From assembly GCA_951406725.2 (NCBI GenBank), contig OX597815.1, positions 165,044,001-165,108,000 of the forward strand: 64,000 nt of DNA. The letters run 5' to 3'. The DNA comes from Octopus vulgaris. Taxonomy: Eukaryota. This document shows positions 26,751 to 38,314 of the stretch, in pieces. How positions within the stretch are numbered: position 1 is the stretch's first letter; the number at the start of each line of letters is the position of its first letter. Made by a program: the position numbers and the translations under genes. The notes below the pieces were generated by a model. That model did no database searches. It saw nothing but the letters and a program-made list of their open reading frames with translations, and was not told where the DNA came from.

Positions 26751-27001
26751 ATGTAGTTCCATGGGGAATTATTACCTTGCTTGAAAAGAGATAAGAGATG
26801 GTGACTGATATCCTGTCTGAGCACATGGGCCAAAGAATAAAGAAAAGGACCTGGGTTATTTTCAAGCTAATAACACCACATGACCTATGTTGAACAATAG
26901 AGGCCTAACATCTAGAAGACATCTTGAATTTGTCTTATATCTTCTTTAATCTTCTTTAAATGTCCAGTGAAATAAGTTCATTCTACAAGCCTGCAAAACC
27001 A

Positions 27002-27215
27002 TAACCCTTTAGTGTTTAAACTGGCCATATCCAGCTCAAATATTCTAGGTGTTCTATGTTCAAACTGGCAAGATTCAGCTCTTTACATCTACTCTGCAAC
27101 GTCATTCTTAAACTAAACAATCATACCATCGAAATTTCTGAGCTACAAGATAATGAATGATTAATTCAAAGCAGCATGAAGAAATAAGCATTATATATGG
27201 GTACTAAAGGGTTAA
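27002..27215. mobile_element. TTAA-type (piggyBac-like) MITE
   Basis: TIRs taaccctttagt / actaaagggtta(a). Confidence 0.7.
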
Positions 27216-27301
27216 GTTGCATGGGAGTTGAGTCAAACTGTTATATAACGTGTATATATATATATATATATACGTTTTATATATATATATTTATATACAT
27301 G

Positions 27302-27342
<41 letters not shown>

Positions 27343-27344
27343 AA

Positions 27345-27786
27345 CAAATCAAAATAGATGAACATCAATGGAATTTGTATCTTTGTGGTACCAGTGCCGG
27401 TGGCACGTGGCACACAAGAAAACCATCCGAACGTGGCCGTAGCCAGTACCGCATCGACTGGCCTCCGTGCTGTGGGCACGTAACAAACACCATCCGATCA
27501 TGGCCGTTTGCCAGCCTCATCTGGCACCTGTGTCGGTGGCACATAAAAACACCATCCGAGCGTGGCCGTTTGCCAGCCTCGTCTGGCACCTGTGTCGGTG
27601 GCACATAAAATCACCCACTACACTCTCGGAGTGGTTGGCGTTAGGAAAGGCATCCAGCTGTAGAAACACTGTCAGATCTGACTGGACTGGTGCAGCTTTC
27701 GGGCTCCCCAGACCCCAGTTGAACCGTCCAACCCATGCTAGCATGGAAAGCGGACGTTAAATGATGATGATGATGATGATGATGAT
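27345..27786 (+). mobile_element. RTE-type 3'UTR/tail fragment
   Basis: ggtggcacataaaa repeats, gagtggttggcgttaggaa...catccagctgtagaaac, (GAT)n tail. Confidence 0.85.
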
Positions 27787-27851
27787 ATGCACACGTTATA
27801 TAACAGTTTGAATCAACTCCCATGCAACTTATATATATATATATATATATA

Positions 27852-28232
27852 TCATCATCATCATCATCATCATCATCATCGTTTAACGTCCGTTCTCCAT
27901 GCTAGCATGGGTTGGACGGTTCGACCGGGGTTCTGAGAAGCCAGAAGGCTGCACCAGGCTCCAGTCTAATCTGGCAATGTTTCTACAGCTGGATGCCCTT
28001 CCTAACGCCAACCACTCCGTGAGTGTAGTGGGTGCTTTTTACGTGCCACCTGCACAGGTGCCAGGCGAGGCTGGCAATGGCCACGGTCGGATTGGTGTAT
28101 TTTATGTGCCACCGGCACGGAAGCCAGTCGAGGCGGTGCTGGCATCGGCCACGAGTTGGATAGTGCTTTTTACGTACCACCAGACCAGGGATCCTGGCTG
28201 GTTCAATTCGATTTTGATTTCGATTTCGCTTG
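27852..28232 (-). mobile_element. RTE 3' end nearly identical to 37690-38056
   Basis: High identity to the 3' end of the long RTE; (CAT)n tail. Confidence 0.9.
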
Positions 28233-28253
28233 CATATATATATATATATATAT

Positions 28254-28686
28254 ATATATTAATAAAAGGAATTCCAGCCTTGTCTGATTTTCACGTTTTA
28301 TTTACAATCTTATAATGATATAATATAATATAATATAATATAATAAAATAAAATAATAGAATGTTAAATGTTCATTCTGATTGAACTAGTACTTTCATGC
28401 ATTAAATTCTGCTATCTTCAGGTTCATGTAGTAGTGGTGACAGTCATGCTTCACAATTTTTGACTGTGGTGTCAAAAATTGTGAAGCATGACTGTCACCA
28501 CTACTACATGAACCTGAAGATAGCAGAATTTAATGCATGAAAGTACTAGTTCAATCAGAATGAACATTTAACATTCTATTATTTTATTTTATTATATTAG
28601 ATTATATTATATTATCTTATATCATTATAAGATTGTAAATAAAATGTGAAAATCAGACAAGGTTGGAATTCCTTTTATTAATATAT
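28254..28686. repeat. Long foldback palindrome, ~211-bp arms, 6-nt loop
   Basis: Arms 28254-28464 and 28471-28686; loop tgtggt; differences mainly in an internal (ATAAT)n. Confidence 0.95.
28509..28553 (+). ncRNA. Type I hammerhead motif (mirror on minus strand at 28382-28426)
   Basis: tgaac-CTGAAGA-ta-gca..tgc-at-GAAA-gtac-TA-gttca; 5-bp helix I; palindromic helix III AGTACT. Confidence 0.8.
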
Positions 28687-29324
28687 TCTTCTATACACAA
28701 TCACACACACCCGTATATATATCTATATATATATATATAATAGGCTTTTTTCAGTGTTCATCTGCCAAATCCCATAATTTCTTTCAGAAATTTTGGGTTA
28801 GCCTGGAGTTATAAGAGAAAACACTTGTTCAAAGTACCATGTGCCAAGAAAGAACCCAAGACCACAAAGTTAGGAAGCAAAGTTATTACTACATAGCCAT
28901 ATATGCATCTAACATCAATTCAATTTTATTTGGGTTGACTGGAGGCTGGCCAGTGAGATTGAACCCAGAACTACACACTTACAAAGTGAACTTGTTAACT
29001 ATTCTACCAAACCTCCAGCTATATAATAACCTAAGTTGCTTTTTTTAAAAATCTTAATCATTGTGTTCTTTATATATCGAGTGAAGTTCATGATGTTTGG
29101 TTGAGTAATGTCTTTATAATAACTTGTAAGTAACTCAAAGGAAGCAACTGATACTATAGTAACATAGAAGATGAATTTGTCAGACTAAAAGAACTTACTA
29201 AAGTGTTGTTAATTGACTGTAGTATATAAAGTATAACTAAATAAGTGAAGTAGCTTCTACACAATTAAATGAACGAATATATATATGTATATATATCAGT
29301 ATATATGTCTATATGTATATATAT

Positions 29325-29533
<209 letters not shown>

Positions 29534-29591
29534 GGTGAATGTTTGATCTAGTGAAGTAGCTTCTACACAATTAAATGAACACATATATATG

Positions 29592-29668
<77 letters not shown>

Positions 29669-29844
29669 TGGTGAATGTTTGATCTAGTTGCCATCAAAAA
29701 CTGTCTTATTGAATATCACCTGCTTGATACTACCTGCAGCATATGGTTATAAAACATTTCCCTGATTGAAAAAAGTATGACGCGAAAATCAATTTCTTAA
29801 ACCGACAAGATGCAGAAGCTTCAGTCTCAAGGGCTTGTGAACAC

Positions 29845-29892
29845 ATACATGCATGCATGCATGCATTCATACATACATACATACATACATAC

Positions 29893-29923
<31 letters not shown>

Positions 29924-30150
29924 CATACATACATACGTGCATACACACATACTTACATACATACATACATACATACGAGCATACATACATATGTGCATAC
30001 ATACATACTTACATACATACATACATGCATACATACATACATACATACATACGAGCATACATACATACGTGCATACATACATACATACAGACATACATAT
30101 GCACACACATACATTCATACATACGTACATGCATACATACCTACATACGC
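29845..30150. repeat. (CATA)n microsatellite
   Basis: Direct reading. Confidence 0.95.
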
Positions 30151-30439
30151 ACACACACATACATATATATGCATGTGTGTGTGTATTTGCATATGTGTAT
30201 ATATGTGTATAGATATTATTATGTAAATATATGTATGTATACATATACATTTGTACATATATATACACACACATGAACACATGCATGCATGCGTCTGCAC
30301 ATGCACACACACACACACACATGAGCCCAGCTACTAAGTTTCATTAACTTTTATGCAGTGTATTTTGGTGTATTTCACATTTCCTTGATGTTAAAATATC
30401 AACATGAAAGTGAAAAGTAAATGAGTTATTATTACTTAC

Positions 30440-30586
30440 CATTTTGAACCACTTTACGGCATCGTGTGTAATTTTTTTGGAATAAATCACAGTCAATTTC
30501 AAATGAAGATTTCTTTGGTAGTTCGACACAGAATCTTCCACTCTGGAAAGGTGATGAGTTACAGTTGTAACATTTGATGCAGAGAC
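30440..30586 (-). CDS. Internal coding exon of the Ly6/quiver-like gene
   Basis: Polypyrimidine tract + tctAG acceptor, G|GTAAGT donor; 147 nt, phase 1-1; GLCIKCYNCNSSPFQSGRFCVELPKKSSFEIDCDLFQKNYTRCRKVVQN with CxxC start and CRK motif. Confidence 0.9.
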
Positions 30587-30862
30587 CTAGAAGAAGAAGA
30601 ACAACAAAAAATAATAAAACAATGATAAAGACATAAATACCAACCAAACAAGATGATTAATATAGCAATGGGAATGAAATATCTGACATTTAGTAAGTAA
30701 ATATTTGTGTTTCTCTTTTTTTTTTTTTTTTCTTTTCTGAATGTTTGATCTGTTGATTAGTACTTTTGTAATAGACACAATGTTGAATTCTTGTTTCATT
30801 TCTTTCCTCTATATTTGCCTGAACTGGATAAATGTTATAAAATATGTCTGCATGGTACAGGG

Positions 30863-31240
30863 CAGTGGTTCTCAACTAGGGTCCATATAAGACTTTTTGG
30901 AGGTCGACATAAGTAAAATAGTAAATTAGGGTCCATTGTAGTATTTTATGGGTCCATGGAAAAATTTTACTTCAGTATATTTATTGCAAGAAAGAGCTAG
31001 TTTCTGTTTCAAGAAAGAGTTAGGTTCCTGTCTCAAGAAAGAACTAGGTTTTTGTCTCAAGAAAGGGTTAGGTTTTTGTCTCTGACATGTTACAAAGTTC
31101 AGCCTACACAAAACAAAATAGGAATTTTAAAAGTATGTATAACACTACTTATTTAAACATTGAATGGCTATGAGGGTCCACCAGAATAAAATAGTAATCA
31201 AAGGGGTCCATAGATAAAAAAAAATGGTTGAGAACCACTT
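30863..31240. mobile_element. hAT (Charlie-like) MITE with internal 24-bp tandem repeat x4 (~30987-31082)
   Basis: TIRs cagtggttctcaac / gttgagaaccactt; degenerate 8-bp TSD gtacaggg / atataggg. Confidence 0.8.
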
Positions 31241-31399
31241 ATATAGGGGATAAAACAGTAACTTTTACTTGCTGGGTCTGCGAGGATGGGGCAGTACCCA
31301 TTGCCTTTTGTAAGTCTTCTGAAATTATTGGGCTTGGTGTCGTTAATGTTTCATTTAAACTCATGCAGGTTGACATATGCAAGGAAGACATGAGCAGGA

Positions 31400-31660
31400 A
31401 AAAGATTCTAGAGGGGTGATGCTTTGGAGAAGAAAGATTGGGAACAGCAGTTAGTGTTGGACCAGAAGGAGGGGGCTGGATGTAACAATAATGATGAGAG
31501 ATGGAGAGCTGAGTCAGTCTGAAGTGCTTGACAGAAGGAGGTATGAAATGAGCTGGTTCCAAGGAACTACTGTTATGGTAGCAATTGTAAAAAACAAACT
31601 TATTGACATTTTGGTGTCTTATATGCTTCAGGCATGATTCTACAGGAAAAACTTCAGTAC
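31400..31660 (-). pseudogene. Old CR1/L2-group LINE ORF2 C-terminal remnant
   Basis: LKHIRHQNVNKFVFYNCYHNSSSLEPAHFIPP...RLTQLS resembles the L.HRR.V....FY.YY...CS.EL...IPP....TR.S terminus. Confidence 0.5.
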
Positions 31661-32099
31661 ATTGCAATTAGAATCTTGTTGCTTTCTACTCTCAATGAGT
31701 GAGTAGTTACAATATAGGGTCCAAAATGTTTGACATTTTGGTTTATTTCTATCATTATACCTCCCATTCTTATAGGTTATCTTAAGCATCACAAGTTTCA
31801 TGTTCAAAATAAAATATTGGACAATAGACTGATTAAGTCTCACTTCCATTCACATCCATTAAAATAACATTTGACATTAAAGCAGTGAGCTGGCAAAGTT
31901 GTTAGCACACCTGGCAAAATGCTTAGTGACATTTTGTCCATCTTTATGTTCCGAGTTCAAATTCTGATAAGGTCAACTTTACCTTTGATTCTTTCGAGGT
32001 CAATAAAACAAATACCAGTCAAACACTGGGTGTCAATATAATTGATTATCTCCCTTCCCTCGAACCTGCTGGCCTTGTGCCAAAATTTGAAATCAATAT

Positions 32100-32770
32100 A
32101 TTGCATCACAGAGAAGTGACAGACCTGGAGTGTCTCTAACAAGCTTCACAACAATTGACAGTCAAATATTTCAAAGTCAACAAGTCTGACTTTCTTCAGA
32201 GCATGTATAGAAGTGTATTCTCTATGGAGTTGAAACCTGGACAACAAAGAAGGATCTTCAAGACCAACTTGATGATACATACACTAAGCTTTTCATGAGG
32301 GCTCAAAACATCTCATAGCATGAGTACAAGACTAAAGAGAAGATTTATGGACACACCCCACCCATTTCTACTATTGTTGCTCAATGCAGAGTAGAGTTTG
32401 CTGATCCATATTGGATAAAATATAATTTTGGAAAAGTGGTGATCTGGCAGATTTGGTACCACAGTGGACTATATGCTTAGTGGCATTTCTTCTGGATTTA
32501 CATTCTGAATTCAAATTTTACCAAAAGTCAATTTTGCCTTTTATCATTTTGGAGTCAATAAAATAAGTACCAGTTGAGCACTGAGGTACATGTCATTGAC
32601 TAGCTTTCTCTCTCAAAATTTCGAGCCTTGTTCCTATAGTAAAAAGAATATTTTGGAAACAACTGTACTCTACTAGAAGATGAAAACCACTCTACTGCAT
32701 TGTTATAAGTGGAGACACACAATATAAAACTGATGATCTACAAAAATTAATGGGGAACAGAATAGAGCTT
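32100..32770 (+). pseudogene. RTE-group LINE RT C-terminal remnant interrupted by a SINE (~32430-32650)
   Basis: FFRACIE..(fs)LYGVETWTTKKDLQDQLDDTYTKLFMRAQNIS*HEYKTKEKIYG...PISTIVAQCRVEFA. Confidence 0.7.
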
Positions 32771-33060
32771 CCTGAAATGGCGTGGTGACATGCATCTCAG
32801 TTGTAATAGCTTGAAGAAGAACTAAATCAACTATAGTTGAATTATTCTGAGAATCACCGAGAAACATTACTATGTCAATAATAGTCAGTTACCTACTCAA
32901 AATATTTCTCCTCTTCCATTAGTTTTAGACTTTGTATAATAATGTATGGAGTATGTGTTGCTTTGATCCAACAAATGGACATGACATCAAAAACAATGTG
33001 TTAAGAGATGATAGAGTATTTGGCAGGGCAAATTTCGTTATATGCATCTGTATATAAATG

Positions 33061-33117
<57 letters not shown>

Positions 33118-33263
33118 ATGAATACATATATAAATATGTGATTATGTGTGTATGTGTTTTGTATGTATGCATGTACATAAGAATGTGTGTGTGTGTATGT
33201 GTAACTGGTGTAAAATACAATCGAAAATTGAATAGTACTGACCCATACAAACATAGGAAAGTA

Positions 33264-33302
<39 letters not shown>

Positions 33303-33424
33303 ATTGCTGACATGCAGCATTTGATACTTTTCAATTCAAAGGGTTTTTAACCCAATGTCTCCACAACATTATTTATGGCCTAAATTAATTGAAGATAACT
33401 TGTTTCTAAAAAAAAACCCAAACA

Positions 33425-34255
33425 AAGAATTATGAAAATAACACTGATAACACATTTTAACAGATATATTTACCAAAATTACATTAAAATATCTTGAAAT
33501 ATGAAAGAGTAAATTTATTCAATAAAATCGCCATTGGCTTCAACCACGGCCTCCACACGACTTTTCTGGTGGTGGGGGGTCTCCTACTTTAAGTTGGATG
33601 AATGCTGCCATAATCATTGCCTTCAGTTCATCTTTGGTGTTACAAGAAGTTTTGTTGGTTTTTTGCTTAACTATGCTCCACACATAATAACCAAGGTGGT
33701 TGCAGTCTGGGGAGTTAGGTGGCCACATGTTAGGGGCGATGTGGCCGCAGAAATTGTCTGAGAGCTACGACTGGGTTCTTCTGCTGGTGTGGCATGGTGC
33801 AGTGTCCTGTTGCCAGACATAGGATCTTCCAGTAGCCACCCTCTTGAACCAGAGTAGCACTACCTCCTCCCGGCACTTAATGTAGGCCACCGGGCTGGGT
33901 GTGAGGCCATGTGGGAAAATGAATGGAGACATAACATCGCCATCGCTAGTGATCACTCAGTTGACTGGATGTTTGATTTTTATCACTCTTGGTACATGTC
34001 CTCAGATTGCACTGTCCTCAGAATGGCAACCAAACACTCAGAAATGTTTGTATTGGAGCTTCTGGTGCAAATGCCAAGCAGTACAGTATGTCGTTTTCAA
34101 ATTTCTGGCAGAATGAATTGCATCATGGTGCTGTTTTTCTCACAGTCAGTGCCCAACTGACTCTACTATAATGTGTAGTCGACAAAATCAAAAACAAATA
34201 AAGCACATGCATGAAATTAAAAGTATAAAATGGTGACAATTTATTCATTTCACCC

Positions 34256-34257
<2 letters not shown>
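33425..34257 (-). mobile_element. Tc1/mariner superfamily, maT (DD37D)-like deleted element
   Basis: TA-CAGGGTG terminus; transposase remnants ITSDGDVMSPFIF, VWQQDTAPCHTSRRTQS, WPPNSPDCNHLGYYVW; 37 codons between the QQD Asp and the third catalytic position. Confidence 0.85.
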
Positions 34258-34291
<34 letters not shown>

Positions 34292-34486
34292 CACACGTAC
34301 ATATATATGTATATATAAACACATATACATATGTACACTTATACATACACACACATACACACACACATTCCACATACACCACTTTATTACTATACCTTGC
34401 ACTTTAGTTTCTTCCACCTCAACATGAGAATTGATTGTCACCACTCAATCAATTTCTCAGTTTCTTAAAAATTAATTAATTTCACC

Positions 34487-34528
<42 letters not shown>

Positions 34529-34598
34529 TCTGCTTCTTCTTCTTCTTCTTTTTCTTCTTCATTTTCTTCTTCTTCATTTTCTTCTTCTTCTTCTTCTT

Positions 34599-34629
<31 letters not shown>

Positions 34630-35192
34630 TTATTATTATTATTATTATTATCATCATCATCATCATCATCATCATTTGCAATATTGTTAGCGGAATTTCA
34701 TAGAGTTTCAAAAAAGTATTACTCCTTGCAACATCTATATTTTTCGCTGTCAAATACTATATCCTTGCCGTAAGGCTTTACTTCCACACCCACCAACTTA
34801 ATTTAATTCATCCTTAGTTGAAAGGCACCTGTTGTTATGTCCTGTTATTTGCTTTGTGTAACATTCCCTGTTTTTTCTTCTTTTTTTTCCGTCCTTGTTT
34901 TCGTATACATTTGCTGCTTTCTTCCAAGGAATCTAATGCTCTTAGGTTAGTTTTTCCTTGGGGCTGGCCAGTTTGGAGCAATCTCGAGTGTAACCAGCTG
35001 AAATTGCAAATATATCTGGAACTTGACTGAGGATAGAAAACTCCAAATGACCCATCCTTGTTTTCTTTGTATCGGCTGTCTGGATGTTTTGTTGTCCTTT
35101 TTTTGTATCACCTAACTGTCTGGATGATTTGCGTTCTTGTCCCATTTTTGTATTTTTTATATATAAAAAAAATATACAGGTGTATGTAAACT

Positions 35193-35257
<65 letters not shown>

Positions 35258-37246
35258 GGTAGCAGGGAAGGGTATCAGACTGCCAGAAGGGAAGCTAGGA
35301 GACAGGTCTATCTAGCCAGAGGGGAAGCAGATAAGAGAAAATTTGCCAATGTCCTGCGCCGTGAGGATGAAAGACTTGAGGTATTTCGTGTTGCAAGACA
35401 GTGTGTGAGAGAGAATCGTGATGTGGTAGGAGAGAAATGTGTTCGCATGGAGGATGGTTCACTTGCGCTAAATGAGGATGCAAAGAGAGAAGCTTGGAGA
35501 TGCCACTATGAAAGGTTACTGAATGAGGAAAATGAATGGGATAAAGAGAGTCTGCCGAATGTTGACCCTACAGAGGGACCAGCTATCCGAGTTGATAGTT
35601 CCGTGGTAGCTAAGGCAATTAGAAGCATGAAGACAGGGAAAGCCCCAGGCCCATCAGGAATTACTGCAGAGATGCTCAAAATATCTGGCAGTGTCGGCTA
35701 TAACCTAGTCACCCGTATAGTCAACCAGGTGATACACGAAGGAGTCATACCCAATGACTGGTGCAGCAGCATACTAGTCAACTGCTACAAAGGTAAAGGT
35801 GATGCCCTAGATACAAATAATTACAGAGGTATCAAGCTGTTGGATCAAGTAATGAAGGTTACGGAGAGGGTCATAGCCCAACTAATTAGAGAGAGAGTTA
35901 GTTTAGATGAGATGCAGTTTGGGTTCGTGCCAGGGAAAAGTACCACTGATGCTATATTCCTGGTAAGGCAGCTGCAGGAGAAATACCTAGCCAAAGATAA
36001 GTCCCTGTACCTGGCTTTCGTTGACATGGAGAAAGCTTTTGATATGGTCCCCCGATCCCTTATCTGGTGGTCAATGAGGAAACTAGGGATAGATGAATGG
36101 CTGGTGAGGACTGTGCAAGCCATGTACAGAGATGCCGTAAGTAAGGTTAGGGTTGGCAACATGTACACAGAAGAATTCAAAGTAGAGGTTGGGGTCCACC
36201 AGGGTTCAGTACTCAGCCCCCTCCTATTTATCATAGTACTCCAGGCAATTACGGAGGAATTCAAGACAGGCTGTCCCTGGAAGCTCCTCTACGCTGACGA
36301 CCTTGCTCTTATTGCTGAGTCACTATCAGAACTGGAGGAGAAGTTCCAGGTGTGGAAGGAGGGTTTAGAATCAAGGGGCCTTAGAGTCAACCTAGCTAAA
36401 ACCAAAGTACTAATAAGTAGAAAGGTAGACAATCCACAAATATCTTCAGGAAGATGGCCCTGCTCGATCTGTAGAAAAGGTGTAGGTAGAAACTCTATAA
36501 GATGTACCCAGTGTAAGCTATGGACACATAAGAGGTGCAGCAATGTCAAAGGTAGGCTAACTGGGAAGATAGTTTTTGTATGTGGCAGATGCTCGGGAGC
36601 ATTAACCTCCGAAAATCTGCAGAAAACAACTTCCGTCACTTTCCAGGGGGAAAAACTAGAAGTAGTTGATAGCTTCCGTTATCTAGGTGACCAAGTCAGT
36701 AGTGGGGGTGGGTGCGCTGAAAGTGTAACTGCTAGAATAAGAATAGCCTGGGCAAAGTTTAGGGAGCTCTTACCTCTGCTGGTGACTAAAGGCCTCTCGC
36801 TCAGAGTAAAAGGCAGACTGTATGATGCGTGTGTACGAACAGCCATGCTACATGGCAGCGAAACATGGGCCGTGACTGCTGAGGACATGCGTAAGCTCGT
36901 GAGGAATGAAGCCAGTATGCTCCGATGGATGTGTAATGTCAGTGTACATACTCGACAGAGCGTTAGCACCTTGAGAGAAATGTTGTACCTAAGAAGCATC
37001 AGTTGTGGTGTGCAAGAGAGACGATTGCGCTGGTATGGTCATGTGGCAAGAATGGATGAAGATAGGTGTGTGAGAAAGTGCCAATCCCTAGCAGTTGAGG
37101 GAACCCGTGGAAGAGGTAGACCCAGGAAAACCTGGGACGAGGTGGTGAAGCACGACCTTCGAACTTTAGGCCTCACTGAGGAAATGACCAGAGACCGAGA
37201 CCTTTGGAAATATTCTGTACGTGAGAAGACCAGGCAGGACAAGTGA
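35258..37246 (+). CDS. RTE ORF, RT region (~660 aa; endonuclease lost by truncation)
   Basis: KAPGPSGI, NYRGIKLL, QFGFVPGKST, FVDMEKAFD, GVHQGSVLSPLLF, YADD (36290-36301), FRYLG, HGSETW, RLRWYGHV, RGRPRKTW. The ORF-track start at 35084 is a microsatellite artefact. Confidence 0.92.
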   Translation, partial: GSREGYQTARREARRQVYLARGEADKRKFANVLRREDERLEVFRVARQCVRENRDVVGEKCVRMEDGSLALNEDAKREAWRCHYERLLNEENEWDKESLPNVDPTEGPAIRVDSSVVAKAIRSMKTGKAPGPSGITAEMLKISGSVGYNLVTRIVNQVIHEGVIPNDWCSSILVNCYKGKGDALDTNNYRGIKLLDQVMKVTERVIAQLIRERVSLDEMQFGFVPGKSTTDAIFLVRQLQEKYLAKDKSLYLAFVDMEKAFDMVPRSLIWWSMRKLGIDEWLVRTVQAMYRDAVSKVRVGNMYTEEFKVEVGVHQGSVLSPLLFIIVLQAITEEFKTGCPWKLLYADDLALIAESLSELEEKFQVWKEGLESRGLRVNLAKTKVLISRKVDNPQISSGRWPCSICRKGVGRNSIRCTQCKLWTHKRCSNVKGRLTGKIVFVCGRCSGALTSENLQKTTSVTFQGEKLEVVDSFRYLGDQVSSGGGCAESVTARIRIAWAKFRELLPLLVTKGLSLRVKGRLYDACVRTAMLHGSETWAVTAEDMRKLVRNEASMLRWMCNVSVHTRQSVSTLREMLYLRSISCGVQERRLRWYGHVARMDEDRCVRKCQSLAVEGTRGRGRPRKTWDEVVKHDLRTLGLTEEMTRDRDLWKYSVREKTRQDK

Positions 37247-37337
37247 GCCCAGCCCACTTATGAATGCCTTTCCTCCCTTGGACACAAAGACCGGTTGAGG
37301 CAAGCGAAGTCGATATAGAACCTCATCCGACGACAGA

Positions 37338-37770
37338 CACCCATGCTTGCGAAGACATGTTGGGGCAAGCGAAATCGAAATCGAAACCGAATTGAACCAG
37401 CCAGGATCCCTGGCCTGGTGGTACGTAAAAAGCACTATCCGACTCGTGGCCGTGGCACGTAAAATACTCCAATGCGACCGTACGACAGGCACCCATGCCA
37501 ACCCCCTTTGCTTGTGAAGACATGTTGGGGCAAGCGAAATCGAAATCGAATTGAACCAGCCAGGATCCCTGGTCTGGTGGTACGTAAAAAGCACTATCCG
37601 ACTCGTGGCCGTGGCACGTAAAATACTCCAATGCGACCGTACGACAGGCACCCATGCCAACCCCCTTTGCTTGTGAAGACATGTTGGGGCAAGCGAAATC
37701 GAAATCGAATTGAACCAGCCAGGATCCCTGGTCTGGTGGTACGTAAAAAGCACTATCCGACTCGTGGCCG
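37338..37770 (+). repeat. ~159-bp tandem repeat (about 2.7 copies) in the RTE 3'UTR
   Basis: gaagacatgttggggcaagc recurs at 37351, 37516 and 37675. Confidence 0.9.
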
Positions 37771-38201
37771 ATGCCAGCACCGCCTCGACTGGCTTCCGTG
37801 CCGGTGGCACATAAAATACACCAATCTGACCGTGGCCGTTGCCAGCCCCGCCTGGCACCTGTGCAGGTGGCACGTAAAAAGCACCCACTACACTCATGGA
37901 GTGGTTGGCGTTAGGAAGGGCATCCAGCTGTAGAAACATTGCCAGATTAGACTGGAGCCTGGTGCAGCCTTCTGGCTTCCCAGAACCCCGGTCGAACCGT
38001 CCAACCCATGCTAGCATGGAGAACGGACGTTAAACGACGATGATGATGATGATGATATATATAAAAAAATACAAAAATGGGACATATGTATGTCTGTGTA
38101 TGTATACATATATATATATATATCATCATCATCAACGATGATGATGATGATGATGATGATGATATATATGTATACATACACACACATATGTCCCATTTTT
38201 G

Positions 38202-38239
<38 letters not shown>

Positions 38240-38269
38240 AATAGACCAGTGTACATATACTTTAGTCTT

Positions 38270-38314
<45 letters not shown>

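Larger units (their letters stand above)
35258..38056 (+). mobile_element. RTE-clade LINE, 5'-truncated, young
   Basis: Begins abruptly after (TA)n; uninterrupted RT ORF; ~800-bp 3'UTR; (GAT)n tail. Confidence 0.93.

Noticed and set aside
22570-28686. Reading the long palindromes as MITEs or miRNA precursors
   Set aside because: No transposase-type termini, asymmetric extensions, arms far longer than pre-miRNAs, and hammerhead cores point to PLE-type retroposition.
30587-30647. Apparent hydrophobic signal peptide in frame with the Ly6 exon
   Set aside because: No ATG (TTG start, in-frame TAA just upstream); it is the translated T-rich acceptor tract. The real first exon was not located.
35084-35257. 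N-terminal 58 aa of the 720-aa ORF
   Set aside because: Read-through of flanking repeat and (CT)n/(TA)n; the LINE starts at ~35258.
37166-38017. 283-aa minus-strand ORF with internal repeats
   Set aside because: Antisense reading of the RTE 3'UTR tandem repeat; no recognisable domain.
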